Position numbers and translations under genes: made by a program. A stretch of 32,000 bases of DNA, taken from Candidatus Saccharimonadota bacterium. Lineage in GTDB: Bacteria; Patescibacteriota; Microgenomatia; UBA1406; GWC2-37-13. The stretch lies in contig MGBH01000001.1 in the NCBI GenBank assembly GCA_001790095.1, forward strand, positions 630,001-662,000, in the 5' to 3' direction. The notes under the pieces are model-generated. The model searched no databases. It saw nothing but the letters and a program-made list of their open reading frames with translations, and was not told where the DNA came from. This document shows positions 18,134 to 24,505 of this stretch, in pieces (position 1 is the stretch's first letter; each line of letters begins with the position of its first letter).

Positions 18134-18168
18134 TAAATTGATGCTCTTATTAGAATAATAATTTGAAA

Positions 18169-18498
18169 CTAGTTTTTGTAGAATTCCAAAACTAACATTT
18201 CTAAATCGTGGAATAATTGATCTAAAACTGTCATTTTACCTCTAACTTGCACATTGGCATCCCAAATGGTTTCATTATAAGCGGCTGCTCCCTCTCTTGA
18301 TAGAATGGCAGTTTCATGGAATGCTTGTATAGCATGCCGAAGACCCTCAATTTGATTATGTTCCCTATATTTATTTATTCCTGTTTCAACTTCCCATAAT
18401 CTATCTTTGTGCAGTAAAATGCTAAAATTCGTACGTCCTTTAAGATTCTGTATCCCTTCATGTATTTCGTCTACTTTTTCTTTTATTTTATTTTCCAT
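18169..18498 (-). CDS. hypothetical protein
   Basis: The track ORF starts at 18546. ATG 18498 (MENKIKEKVDE) sits 9 nt downstream of a TATAAA box, fitting the local leaderless pattern. Confidence 0.45.
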   Translation of the reverse strand: MENKIKEKVDEIHEGIQNLKGRTNFSILLHKDRLWEVETGINKYREHNQIEGLRHAIQAFHETAILSREGAAAYNETIWDANVQVRGKMTVLDQLFHDLEMLVLEFYKN

Positions 18499-18572
18499 AT
18501 ATTGTCTTTTATAAATAAATATTAATATAAGGTTATTGTTCCTCAAAAAGCTGACGAGGAGGGACCTAACCG

Positions 18573-18749
18573 TTAGGTTAAGTCGTAGATCGACGCTGAA
18601 GGCGCATACTGTTTGACCCAGTTTGCTGAGTCTACCGCAGCTTGCTTAGTGGTGTATCCTTCGCTCCAAGCAACCTCTCGGTTATTCGAAGCTATGAGTC
18701 TCCATCTATATTCACCTGCGCGATCCACATAGATTTGGAATCGTACCAT
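18573..18749 (-). CDS. DUF1508 (YegP-like) single-domain protein
   Basis: FQIYVDRAGEYRWRLIASNNREVAWSEGYTTKQAAVDSANWV is a typical DUF1508 repeat. A strong SD, GGAAAGGAGGTGAAAAAAGAG-ATG, precedes Met at 18749. The track start 18830 would add 27 atypical residues. The segment is visibly more G+C-rich than its surroundings. Confidence 0.7.
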   Translation of the reverse strand: MVRFQIYVDRAGEYRWRLIASNNREVAWSEGYTTKQAAVDSANWVKQYAPSASIYDLT

Positions 18750-18960
18750 CTCTTTTTTCACCTCCTTTCCACTGATAACGAGGGACGCTAGAACTTGTGC
18801 CTCCCCCACGTGAAAATACGAAAAGTTCATATTCTCACGAGGAGGGCTAAGCTAGACTGATACCAACATTATCGGGGGCGGAAGTTTCCTCGCCAGCTTA
18901 TTAAAGAACAATTATCTGTTATCAGAGTACCATTTTAATTGCTAATTTTCAAGAATAATA

Positions 18961-18969
18961 AATATATCA
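18961..18969 (-). promoter_or_regulatory. extended -10 TGATATATT (minus strand)
   Basis: It lies about 210 nt upstream of the DUF1508 ATG at 18749, which implies a long structured leader. Confidence 0.4.
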
Positions 18970-19060
18970 AAAAGCATCATTATATTTGAGACACCCTTTT
19001 TTATAGTGTCTCATTTGTCCCATTTAGCCCCGAGTTATAAGGATAGAATGTCTCATTTTT

Positions 19061-19075
19061 TGGTACAATGTACCA
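19061..19075. promoter_or_regulatory. perfect palindrome TGGTACA-A-TGTACCA (operator-like)
   Basis: Two 7-bp arms with a 1-nt spacer, in the 345-bp non-coding gap and about 100 nt upstream of GTG 19176. Confidence 0.35.
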
Positions 19076-19107
19076 CAGAGCAAGGTTGGAACTATAAGGA
19101 CTAAGTT

Positions 19108-19130
19108 GTTCCAGACCCGAGTGCTCCGCC
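19108..19130 (+). repeat. intergenic motif copy A (degenerate)
   Basis: GTTCCAGACCCGAGTGCTCCGCC. An upstream GGTTGGAAC can pair with the GTTCCA. Confidence 0.4.
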
Positions 19131-19175
19131 CTCATAAAATAAAAAATTGGATTAATATCTCTTAAATATTAAATA

Positions 19176-19511
19176 GTGTACGATAAGGATGTGATTACAC
19201 TACAATTCCTGAGATCATTTCGTTTTGGTGAATATGCCTATTTTGATTTAATTGTTTCGTTTCTTGGAATATACTTACTATCTCCCTTACTTTCAAAGCT
19301 TTTCATCAAACTAAAGCTTGAGGTATCAAGAAAAAGCTGGCTCTTACTAACCCTACCTTTAAGTATTATTATTCACCTAGCAGTTCAAAACATTACTCCC
19401 ATGACAAAGAATTTTATTGATTCAAATGGACACTACGTGTTGAAAGGAGCAATACTTATCTTTTTCATTCTCGGAGTAAAGGATATCAAATATAAAAAAG
19501 AGAGAGAATAA
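19176..19511 (+). CDS. small membrane protein
   Basis: 111 aa with a GTG start and three hydrophobic helices. Confidence 0.45.
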   Translation: MYDKDVITLQFLRSFRFGEYAYFDLIVSFLGIYLLSPLLSKLFIKLKLEVSRKSWLLLTLPLSIIIHLAVQNITPMTKNFIDSNGHYVLKGAILIFFILGVKDIKYKKERE

Positions 19512-19751
19512 AAGAATTGTATGTCAGATTACAAAAATAATGTTAATCAGATTACTGATCAATATTTCATACATTTATATGCTTTTATATAGACAAAATA
19601 AGTCAATTTTATTATTAACAAATAATATGAGAAATAGAAGAAAATCATCACAATATGTAATGGAAAAATACAAAGCAATAAAGAATGAACCAGTCTATGC
19701 AACGGTTGATCAATTTATGAGAAAAATAAAGGAGTTGGTTTTAAAATAAAC

Positions 19752-20141
19752 ATGAGAAAATATTTCTTAATTATTCCTTTGATTATTTTCTTTTTTGCAG
19801 CATCAAACGTTGCTGCTGAACAAGTTTATCTAAATGATGATGTTGGTATCCAAACAACCATTAAGATAGAAACAAATGATAGGTTTATTTGGCGGGGTTA
19901 TGTAGCAAAAACCGGCACGGGTGATTTTGGAGTATTACATCAAACGATTGCCATTCCTCAAGATTTGGAAGAAAGTCTTAAAAAGGATGGGATATTGGAA
20001 ATCAATAATACGATTCAGGTTGCTGGAATAAATCAAAATGGAATAAAGATCGCACAAGAAATCAAATTGATATCTTTACCTCATGCAAGCGATAAAAATA
20101 GTTTAGATGATCTTCTGAATTCTATAAAAGATTTGTTTTAA
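19752..20141 (+). CDS. secreted hypothetical protein
   Basis: 129 aa with a signal-peptide-like N-terminus MRKYFLIIPLIIFFFAASNVAAEQ. Confidence 0.55.
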   Translation: MRKYFLIIPLIIFFFAASNVAAEQVYLNDDVGIQTTIKIETNDRFIWRGYVAKTGTGDFGVLHQTIAIPQDLEESLKKDGILEINNTIQVAGINQNGIKIAQEIKLISLPHASDKNSLDDLLNSIKDLF

Positions 20142-20273
20142 ACAAATTTTCTTTTTGTGAACGAGATAGATTTGCTCAAAAAGTGTAACAAGTTCATCTT
20201 CTAACTCTGGTTTTCAAACTATGCTAACAACTACTTCTGTTCCAACAATAAGTCCAACCCCTACTTCATAGAA

Positions 20274-20304
20274 GCTCCAATAACATCTTCCACACGCTCT
20301 CCGC
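20274..20304 (+). repeat. intergenic motif copy B
   Basis: GCTCCAATAACATCTTCCACACGCTCTCCGC. A half-copy, GTTCCAACAATAAGTCCAACCCC, lies at 20239-20260. Confidence 0.6.
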
Positions 20305-20326
20305 ACAGATTTTTCAAACTACGACA

Positions 20327-20335
20327 TGATATAAT
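20327..20335 (+). promoter_or_regulatory. extended -10 TGATATAAT
   Basis: ATG 20361 is 25 nt downstream, giving a short SD-less leader. Confidence 0.55.
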
Positions 20336-20360
20336 TTATTGTTAATATTTTATCCAAAAT

Positions 20361-20615
20361 ATGGTAAAAACAAAAAAAGTAGAGTCCTTTAAAGTCAGTG
20401 GAGAAGAATTGATAAAAAAATTTAAGGAACTGATAAAAGAAGGTAATGTACGAAGAATTACCATTAAAGAAAAAACAGGGAAAACTATTATCGATATCCC
20501 TCTCACCATCGGAGTTGTCGGCGCCGTTCTTGCACCGGTTCTTGCTGCAGTTGGTGCAATTGCCGCTTTGATTGCCGAATGTACCATTGCGGTTGAAAGA
20601 GAAGTTAAAGAATAA
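20361..20615 (+). CDS. DUF4342-like protein
   Basis: 84 aa. ELIKKFKELIKEGNVRRITIK...IDIPLTIGVVGAVLAPVLAAVGAIAALIAECTI follows the DUF4342 pattern as I remember it. The antisense 81-aa ORF is a shadow. Confidence 0.6.
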   Translation: MVKTKKVESFKVSGEELIKKFKELIKEGNVRRITIKEKTGKTIIDIPLTIGVVGAVLAPVLAAVGAIAALIAECTIAVEREVKE

Positions 20616-20656
20616 TCATATATTGAAATTGTTCGTTTGTTTTTTGTATAAAATAG

Positions 20657-20708
20657 GTTCCATCATCACTGTAAATCAGATATTTACAGTGTAAATCCAC
20701 GCTTACCG
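20657..20708 (+). repeat. intergenic motif copy G, split by a 9-bp hairpin
   Basis: GTTCCATCATC, then the hairpin ACTGTAAAT-cagat-ATTTACAGT (20668-20690), then GTAAATCCACGCTTACCG. Confidence 0.5.
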
Positions 20709-20726
20709 TAAAAGTTTTAAAAGCTT

Positions 20727-20735
20727 TGATATAAT
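20727..20735 (+). promoter_or_regulatory. extended -10 TGATATAAT
   Basis: ATG 20765 is 29 nt downstream. Confidence 0.55.
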
Positions 20736-20764
20736 TCTTATTATTACCTGTTAATTTTATTCAT

Positions 20765-21202
20765 ATGAAATGTCCAACCTGTTTAATTGAATTATCCAAA
20801 AAAGAATATAACGGTATTGAGGTTGATGAATGCATTAAATGTGGTGGTATGTGGTTTGAAGCGCAAGAAGTAGACCAGCTGGAAGATACGGTTTTGAATC
20901 AAGATGAGTTTAAAAATACGATGATCACTCATGTTCGAGACAGTGAAAAAAATTGCCCGAAATGTGAGCAAAGAATGAAGAAATTTAACTACCGATGGGA
21001 AGATCTAGAACTTGATTATTGCGCTAAGAGTGATGGATATTGGTTAGACAAAGGTGAAGAAAAAAGGATAACAGAAATCATTACCCAGCAGGCAAATGAT
21101 TTAGACAGGAAATTTAGAATTGAGGAACAATGGTCTAATAATCTAAAAGGGCTTCAATCTCCTTCTATTATTTCAAAAATTAGAAACTTAATCGGATTAT
21201 AA
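20765..21202 (+). CDS. zf-TFIIB-type zinc-ribbon protein (two copies)
   Basis: MKCPTC...VDECIKCGGMWFEAQEVDQLE and a second CPKC...DYCAKSDGYWLDKGE; this is the PF13453-like pattern. Confidence 0.65.
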   Translation: MKCPTCLIELSKKEYNGIEVDECIKCGGMWFEAQEVDQLEDTVLNQDEFKNTMITHVRDSEKNCPKCEQRMKKFNYRWEDLELDYCAKSDGYWLDKGEEKRITEIITQQANDLDRKFRIEEQWSNNLKGLQSPSIISKIRNLIGL

Positions 21203-21250
21203 ACCATAATTGTGTCGATCTCTTTCTGCTCGCATCAGTTTATTATGCTT

Positions 21251-21259
21251 TGATATAAT
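21251..21259 (+). promoter_or_regulatory. extended -10 TGATATAAT, leaderless
   Basis: GTG 21266 is 6 nt downstream. Confidence 0.55.
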
Positions 21260-21265
21260 GATTAA

Positions 21266-21538
21266 GTGGAAAAAATAAAAGAGCTGGAAAAAAGAATCAT
21301 TGAGATTGAAAAAAGAAATAAAAAAGTAGAACAAGATAAAGCGTGGGAAACCTCACTATTAAGAAGATTGCTTTTGATACTCTTTACTTACCTAACTATT
21401 GGGATTTATATGAAATTTGTCCTGAATACAGATCCTTGGCTTAACGCGATTATTCCATCACTTGGTTTTTATTTATCGACATTATCATTGCCCTTTTTTA
21501 AGAAAATTTGGGATAAGTATTTTTACAAAAAAGGGTAA
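21266..21538 (+). CDS. small membrane protein
   Basis: 90 aa, GTG start 6 nt after TGATATAAT. Charged N-terminal helix followed by two TM segments. Confidence 0.5.
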   Translation: MEKIKELEKRIIEIEKRNKKVEQDKAWETSLLRRLLLILFTYLTIGIYMKFVLNTDPWLNAIIPSLGFYLSTLSLPFFKKIWDKYFYKKG

Positions 21539-21543
21539 TAAAA

Positions 21544-21571
21544 GTTCCAACACCGTTCCACGCTCTCCGCC
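21544..21571 (+). repeat. intergenic motif copy C
   Basis: GTTCCAACACCGTTCCACGCTCTCCGCC, starting 6 nt after the stop at 21538. Confidence 0.65.
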
Positions 21572-21639
21572 TAATATTTTGGATTTTTACAGTAATCTAA
21601 TACTAAATAACTTCTCCATTTATATACTTTATTTTTCTT

Positions 21640-21648
21640 TGATACAAT
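21640..21648 (+). promoter_or_regulatory. extended -10 TGATACAAT, leaderless
   Basis: ATG 21655 is 6 nt downstream. Confidence 0.5.
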
Positions 21649-21654
21649 AAAAAT

Positions 21655-21963
21655 ATGAATAAAACAAAGATGGGAATATTGTTTGGAATTATGGCAGGGA
21701 TTATCGATATCGTTCCGATGATTATTCAGAAGCTAACATGGGATGCAAATTTATCTGCATTTTTATTTTGGGTTATATCTGGATATTTAATAGCCAACAT
21801 AAAGAGCAAATTTACTGGTGCAGTTAAAGGCGTTTTTATTTCATTTCTTGTTTTGATTCCTTCTGCTGTGTTAATTGGATGGAAGGAACCGATTTCTCTT
21901 ATTCCTATTTGTATTATGACGCTGATTTTAGGAGCAATGTTAGGATACTTAATTGATAGATAG
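21655..21963 (+). CDS. small membrane protein (3 TM)
   Basis: 102 aa, ATG 6 nt after TGATACAAT. Hydrophobic throughout. Confidence 0.55.
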   Translation: MNKTKMGILFGIMAGIIDIVPMIIQKLTWDANLSAFLFWVISGYLIANIKSKFTGAVKGVFISFLVLIPSAVLIGWKEPISLIPICIMTLILGAMLGYLIDR

Positions 21964-22011
21964 AAGAGGTTGTTTATGAAGTGACCATATACAACAATTG
22001 TGCGTGAAAAG

Positions 22012-22038
22012 TTCCAATAGCATCCCACGCTCTCCGCA
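22012..22038 (+). repeat. intergenic motif copy D
   Basis: GTTCCAATAGCATCCCACGCTCTCCGC, lying between the convergent genes 21655-21963 and 22045-22299. Confidence 0.65.
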
Positions 22039-22044
22039 GATTGT

Positions 22045-22299
22045 TTACTTCCTTAAAATTGCATTCATGTCTAATTCCAGATTATTGAAGCGTTCTTTTA
22101 GGAAATCAAGAGAGTCTGCTACTCCTTTATTATATAAATCTGACCCAAAAGTTTGAAGCATGAAATTCAATATTTCTTCAGCGGCAACAACACCAATTTT
22201 TTCTCCTCGTTCACATTCAAAATAATTAATGATATCCGTGATTATTATTCTTCTTTTTTCATCACTTATTAAATCACAAGCACGTTTTACTTTTGTCAT
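22045..22299 (-). CDS. DUF2164-like protein
   Basis: 84 aa. IINYFECERGEKIGVVAAEEILNFMLQTFGSDLYNKGVADS matches the DUF2164 pattern. ATG is 6 nt after TGATAGAAT on the minus strand. Confidence 0.6.
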   Translation of the reverse strand: MTKVKRACDLISDEKRRIIITDIINYFECERGEKIGVVAAEEILNFMLQTFGSDLYNKGVADSLDFLKERFNNLELDMNAILRK

Positions 22300-22305
22300 A
22301 AACTA

Positions 22306-22314
22306 ATTCTATCA
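22306..22314 (-). promoter_or_regulatory. extended -10 TGATAGAAT (minus strand), leaderless
   Basis: ATG 22299 is 6 nt downstream on the minus strand. Confidence 0.55.
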
Positions 22315-22363
22315 CTTAGACAGGTATTTAGTGCCTTGCTGTCTTGAATAATCCTATAGTACA

Positions 22364-22372
22364 TGATATAAT
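22364..22372 (+). promoter_or_regulatory. extended -10 TGATATAAT, leaderless
   Basis: ATG 22381 is 8 nt downstream. Confidence 0.55.
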
Positions 22373-22380
22373 ACGTGCCT

Positions 22381-23337
22381 ATGGCAGAAAGACTCATGAA
22401 AGCTAAAGAAGGCTCATTGCCAAAAATAGGAAACTTTAGAAGAGTGGTAGAAGCTGCTCCGGTTGGACCAAATACTATAAATCCTTTCAAATTTTTTTGG
22501 ATTAGGGCTCATGATTTTTTTTCACCTGAAAACCAGATTGCAAAAGCATTTCCCGAAGCGGGGCTTGACCAAATGTATACACTCTGGCATGGATTCGAAA
22601 CAACTGAAAAAAGAACTCAGCGGTTAGTAAGTGCATCTCAGCTTCCTTCTCTTCCTGAGCTAGAAAAAAAAGATATAGACGAGGTTGCGCAAAAAAATGG
22701 CTCACTTATTTCGCAGTTTAGAGATAATCTAACACTTTTTATTGCAGGTAATTTTAAAGATTGGTCACTAGCGGAAAGAGCAATGAATGCTGCGGTTGAA
22801 TTTGAAGCAATCGCAGATGAACCAAGAGAAAACCAAATAACAGCTTTCTGTGAGGCGGTAGATGAAGTGTCAACCGAAAGAGAGCTCACGCCAGAATTTA
22901 TAAGACAGAGGATTGCTCAATGGTTGATCGATGAAATGTTTACTGAAGGAGCACAATATGCGGCTTTGTACCTAAACACAGAATATGATGATCCAACAAG
23001 CCTAAGAGATTATATTGAATTGGAAAAAGATGAGTTAAAAGCCGCACTTCATGACGAGCTATGGAGTACAGAAACTTTACACCGTAGAGAAGGGGAGTTC
23101 AAAAGACTTCTGAATACTCTATATAAAGGTGACTATTATAGGAGTAACTATTCTCCTGAAAATGCTGACATATTGGCATTCAAAGAGCTTTGGTCAGCCG
23201 CAAAAGGAACAGCGGCGAAACTAAAAGCGGTCTCAGCGATAAAACTCATGGATGATCAGTATCAAATTTACGAGTCTCTTAGAGGCAATCAAGTATTTGA
23301 TATCGAGCTATCTGAGGATGAGGCAGATCTTGAATAA
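22381..23337 (+). CDS. hypothetical acidic protein
   Basis: Long ORF. The track start GTG 22375 abuts the -10 box, so ATG 22381 (MAERLMKAKEG), 8 nt after TGATATAAT, is preferred. No motif recognised. Confidence 0.55.
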   Translation: MAERLMKAKEGSLPKIGNFRRVVEAAPVGPNTINPFKFFWIRAHDFFSPENQIAKAFPEAGLDQMYTLWHGFETTEKRTQRLVSASQLPSLPELEKKDIDEVAQKNGSLISQFRDNLTLFIAGNFKDWSLAERAMNAAVEFEAIADEPRENQITAFCEAVDEVSTERELTPEFIRQRIAQWLIDEMFTEGAQYAALYLNTEYDDPTSLRDYIELEKDELKAALHDELWSTETLHRREGEFKRLLNTLYKGDYYRSNYSPENADILAFKELWSAAKGTAAKLKAVSAIKLMDDQYQIYESLRGNQVFDIELSEDEADLE

Positions 23338-23338
23338 G

Positions 23339-23347
23339 TGATATAAT
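23339..23347 (+). promoter_or_regulatory. extended -10 TGATATAAT, leaderless
   Basis: ATG 23354 is 6 nt downstream. The box starts 2 nt after the stop of the upstream gene. Confidence 0.55.
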
Positions 23348-23353
23348 TAATTG

Positions 23354-23724
23354 ATGAAAATATTTGTAGCTCATTCGAGTAATTTTGATTTTAAAAATGA
23401 ATTATATCTACCTTTACGAAATTCTTCATTAAATAATAAACATATATTTTTTTACCTCAGGAAAACGGTAAAGAAAAAATAACAAAAGAGATAATAAAAT
23501 CTTGTGATGTTATAGTAGCTGAAGTTTCTTACCCCTCAACTGGACAAGGAATTGAATTAGGATGGGCTACTGTTTTTGAGAAACCAATTATATGTATTTT
23601 CAAAAAAGATCATAAATACTCACATTCGCTTAACTTTATTACCAATCAATTTATTGAGTACAGTAATGCTGATGAACTGATCTCAAAATTGACAGATAAG
23701 CTAGACGCATTAGACAAAAAATAA
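23354..23724 (+). pseudogene. nucleoside 2-deoxyribosyltransferase-like gene interrupted by a frameshift in a T7 run
   Basis: Frame 1 gives MKIFVAHSSNFDFKNELYLPLRNSSLNNKHIFF, then a stop at 23480. The -1 frame continues LPQENGKEKITKEIIKSCDVIVAEVSYPSTGQGIELGWATVFEKPIICIF...LDKK*. The junction is the homopolymer T7 at 23447-23453. The total of 371 nt is one short of a multiple of 3. Confidence 0.65.
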
Positions 23725-23725
23725 T

Positions 23726-23748
23726 TTTCAACACCCTACCACTTTCTC
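23726..23748 (+). repeat. intergenic motif copy F (degenerate)
   Basis: TTTCAACACCCTACCACTTTCTC, directly after the stop at 23724. Confidence 0.4.
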
Positions 23749-23768
23749 TATTTTAGTTTTTTATTGCT

Positions 23769-23777
23769 TGATATAAT
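23769..23777 (+). promoter_or_regulatory. extended -10 TGATATAAT, leaderless
   Basis: ATG 23784 is 6 nt downstream. Confidence 0.55.
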
Positions 23778-23783
23778 TTTCCC

Positions 23784-24272
23784 ATGGTCATACAAAGGGC
23801 AAAAAAAGAAGAGGTTCATGAGATTAAAAAACTATTAACTGAGACGTGGATCAATACATACAATGAAATCTACTCCCCAGACACAATAAAAAATATAACT
23901 TCACAGTGGCATAAACCAGAGTTACTGATCGTGCAGATTCAAGACCCAGATGTATATTTTGGCCTTGCTAAGGAACAAGATAAAATCGTCGGATTAATCA
24001 CCGTGAGACGAGAAAACAACGACAATCTTACAATGTATAGGTTATATATTCATCCAAATTTTCAAAGACAGGGTATTGGCACGAAACTTATACAAGAAGC
24101 GTTAAAAGTGTTTAAAGGATGTAAAAAATTGAATATTGAAGTTGAGCAGCAAAATATGAAAGGTGTTTCTTTTTATAGAAAACAGGGTTTTAAAGAAATT
24201 GGAAGAAAAACAGAAAAAGTTGGCAATGATGAAGTATTTACGGTTAAGATGGAAAAAGATATTTACAATTAA
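23784..24272 (+). CDS. GNAT-family N-acetyltransferase
   Basis: 162 aa. LYIHPNFQRQGIGTKLIQEAL is the acetyl-CoA binding motif A (Q/RxxGxG/A). Confidence 0.8.
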   Translation: MVIQRAKKEEVHEIKKLLTETWINTYNEIYSPDTIKNITSQWHKPELLIVQIQDPDVYFGLAKEQDKIVGLITVRRENNDNLTMYRLYIHPNFQRQGIGTKLIQEALKVFKGCKKLNIEVEQQNMKGVSFYRKQGFKEIGRKTEKVGNDEVFTVKMEKDIYN

Positions 24273-24278
24273 GCGAAA

Positions 24279-24306
24279 GTTCCAACATCTTGGCATACTC
24301 TCAACC
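24279..24306 (+). repeat. intergenic motif copy E (degenerate 3' half)
   Basis: GTTCCAACATCTTGGCATACTCTCAACC, starting 7 nt after the stop at 24272. It shares the AAAGTTCCAAYA start with copies C and D. Confidence 0.5.
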
Positions 24307-24385
24307 TTCATAAATCGTGAAGCGAAGAATTCTGAGTTTCGTTACTTCTTCAGTTAATTATTTAAACAATTAATGCATATTAGTA

Positions 24386-24394
24386 TGATAGAAT
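24386..24394 (+). promoter_or_regulatory. extended -10 TGATAGAAT of the nhaD transcript
   Basis: ATG 24506 is about 110 nt downstream, so unlike its neighbours this gene has a long leader. Confidence 0.5.
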
Positions 24395-24448
24395 TGTATA
24401 AATATGAAAACAGCAACAGATGATGGCGTGCCGCTGCAACATTTAATT

Positions 24449-24494
24449 TTCCCATAACCTTCAGGCGTATTAGTTGCCTGCAAAGGTGCGGGAA
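24449..24494 (+). promoter_or_regulatory. long stem-loop in the nhaD 5' leader
   Basis: TTCCC-ata-ACCTT-CAGGC-gtattagtt-GCCTG-ca-AAGGT-gc-GGGAA: 15 bp in three stacked helices, ending 11 nt before the ATG, with no U-tract. Confidence 0.5.
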
Positions 24495-24505
24495 CTAATA
24501 CAAAT

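Noticed and set aside
18551-18590. CTGACGAG, which resembles the hammerhead ribozyme CUGAUGA box.
   Set aside because: There is no matching GAAA box or three-stem junction around it. The string is part of the direct repeat described in the findings.
19540-19749. A 69-aa ORF between the two small genes at 19176 and 19752.
   Set aside because: It has no convincing promoter or motif and an odd N-terminal composition. A shorter product from ATG 19627 is possible, but I cannot support it.
21462-21650. The 62-aa ORF at 21462-21650, plus the similar ORFs at 22296-22490 and 24163-24357 that span intergenic repeats or promoters.
   Set aside because: They run through the stop codon of a better gene, through the repeat motif and through -10 boxes. 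They are most simply non-coding.
19108-24306. The idea that the intergenic repeats are integron attC sites and that the small genes form an integron cassette array.
   Set aside because: The motif lacks the imperfect inverted-repeat structure and the GTTRRRY core of attC. The genes carry their own promoters, one gene is on the opposite strand, and no integrase is visible in the window.
24400-24505. Assigning the nhaD leader to the fluoride (crcB) riboswitch.
   Set aside because: As far as I recall the consensus, its conserved pseudoknot segments are not present. I kept the region only as an unclassified structured leader.
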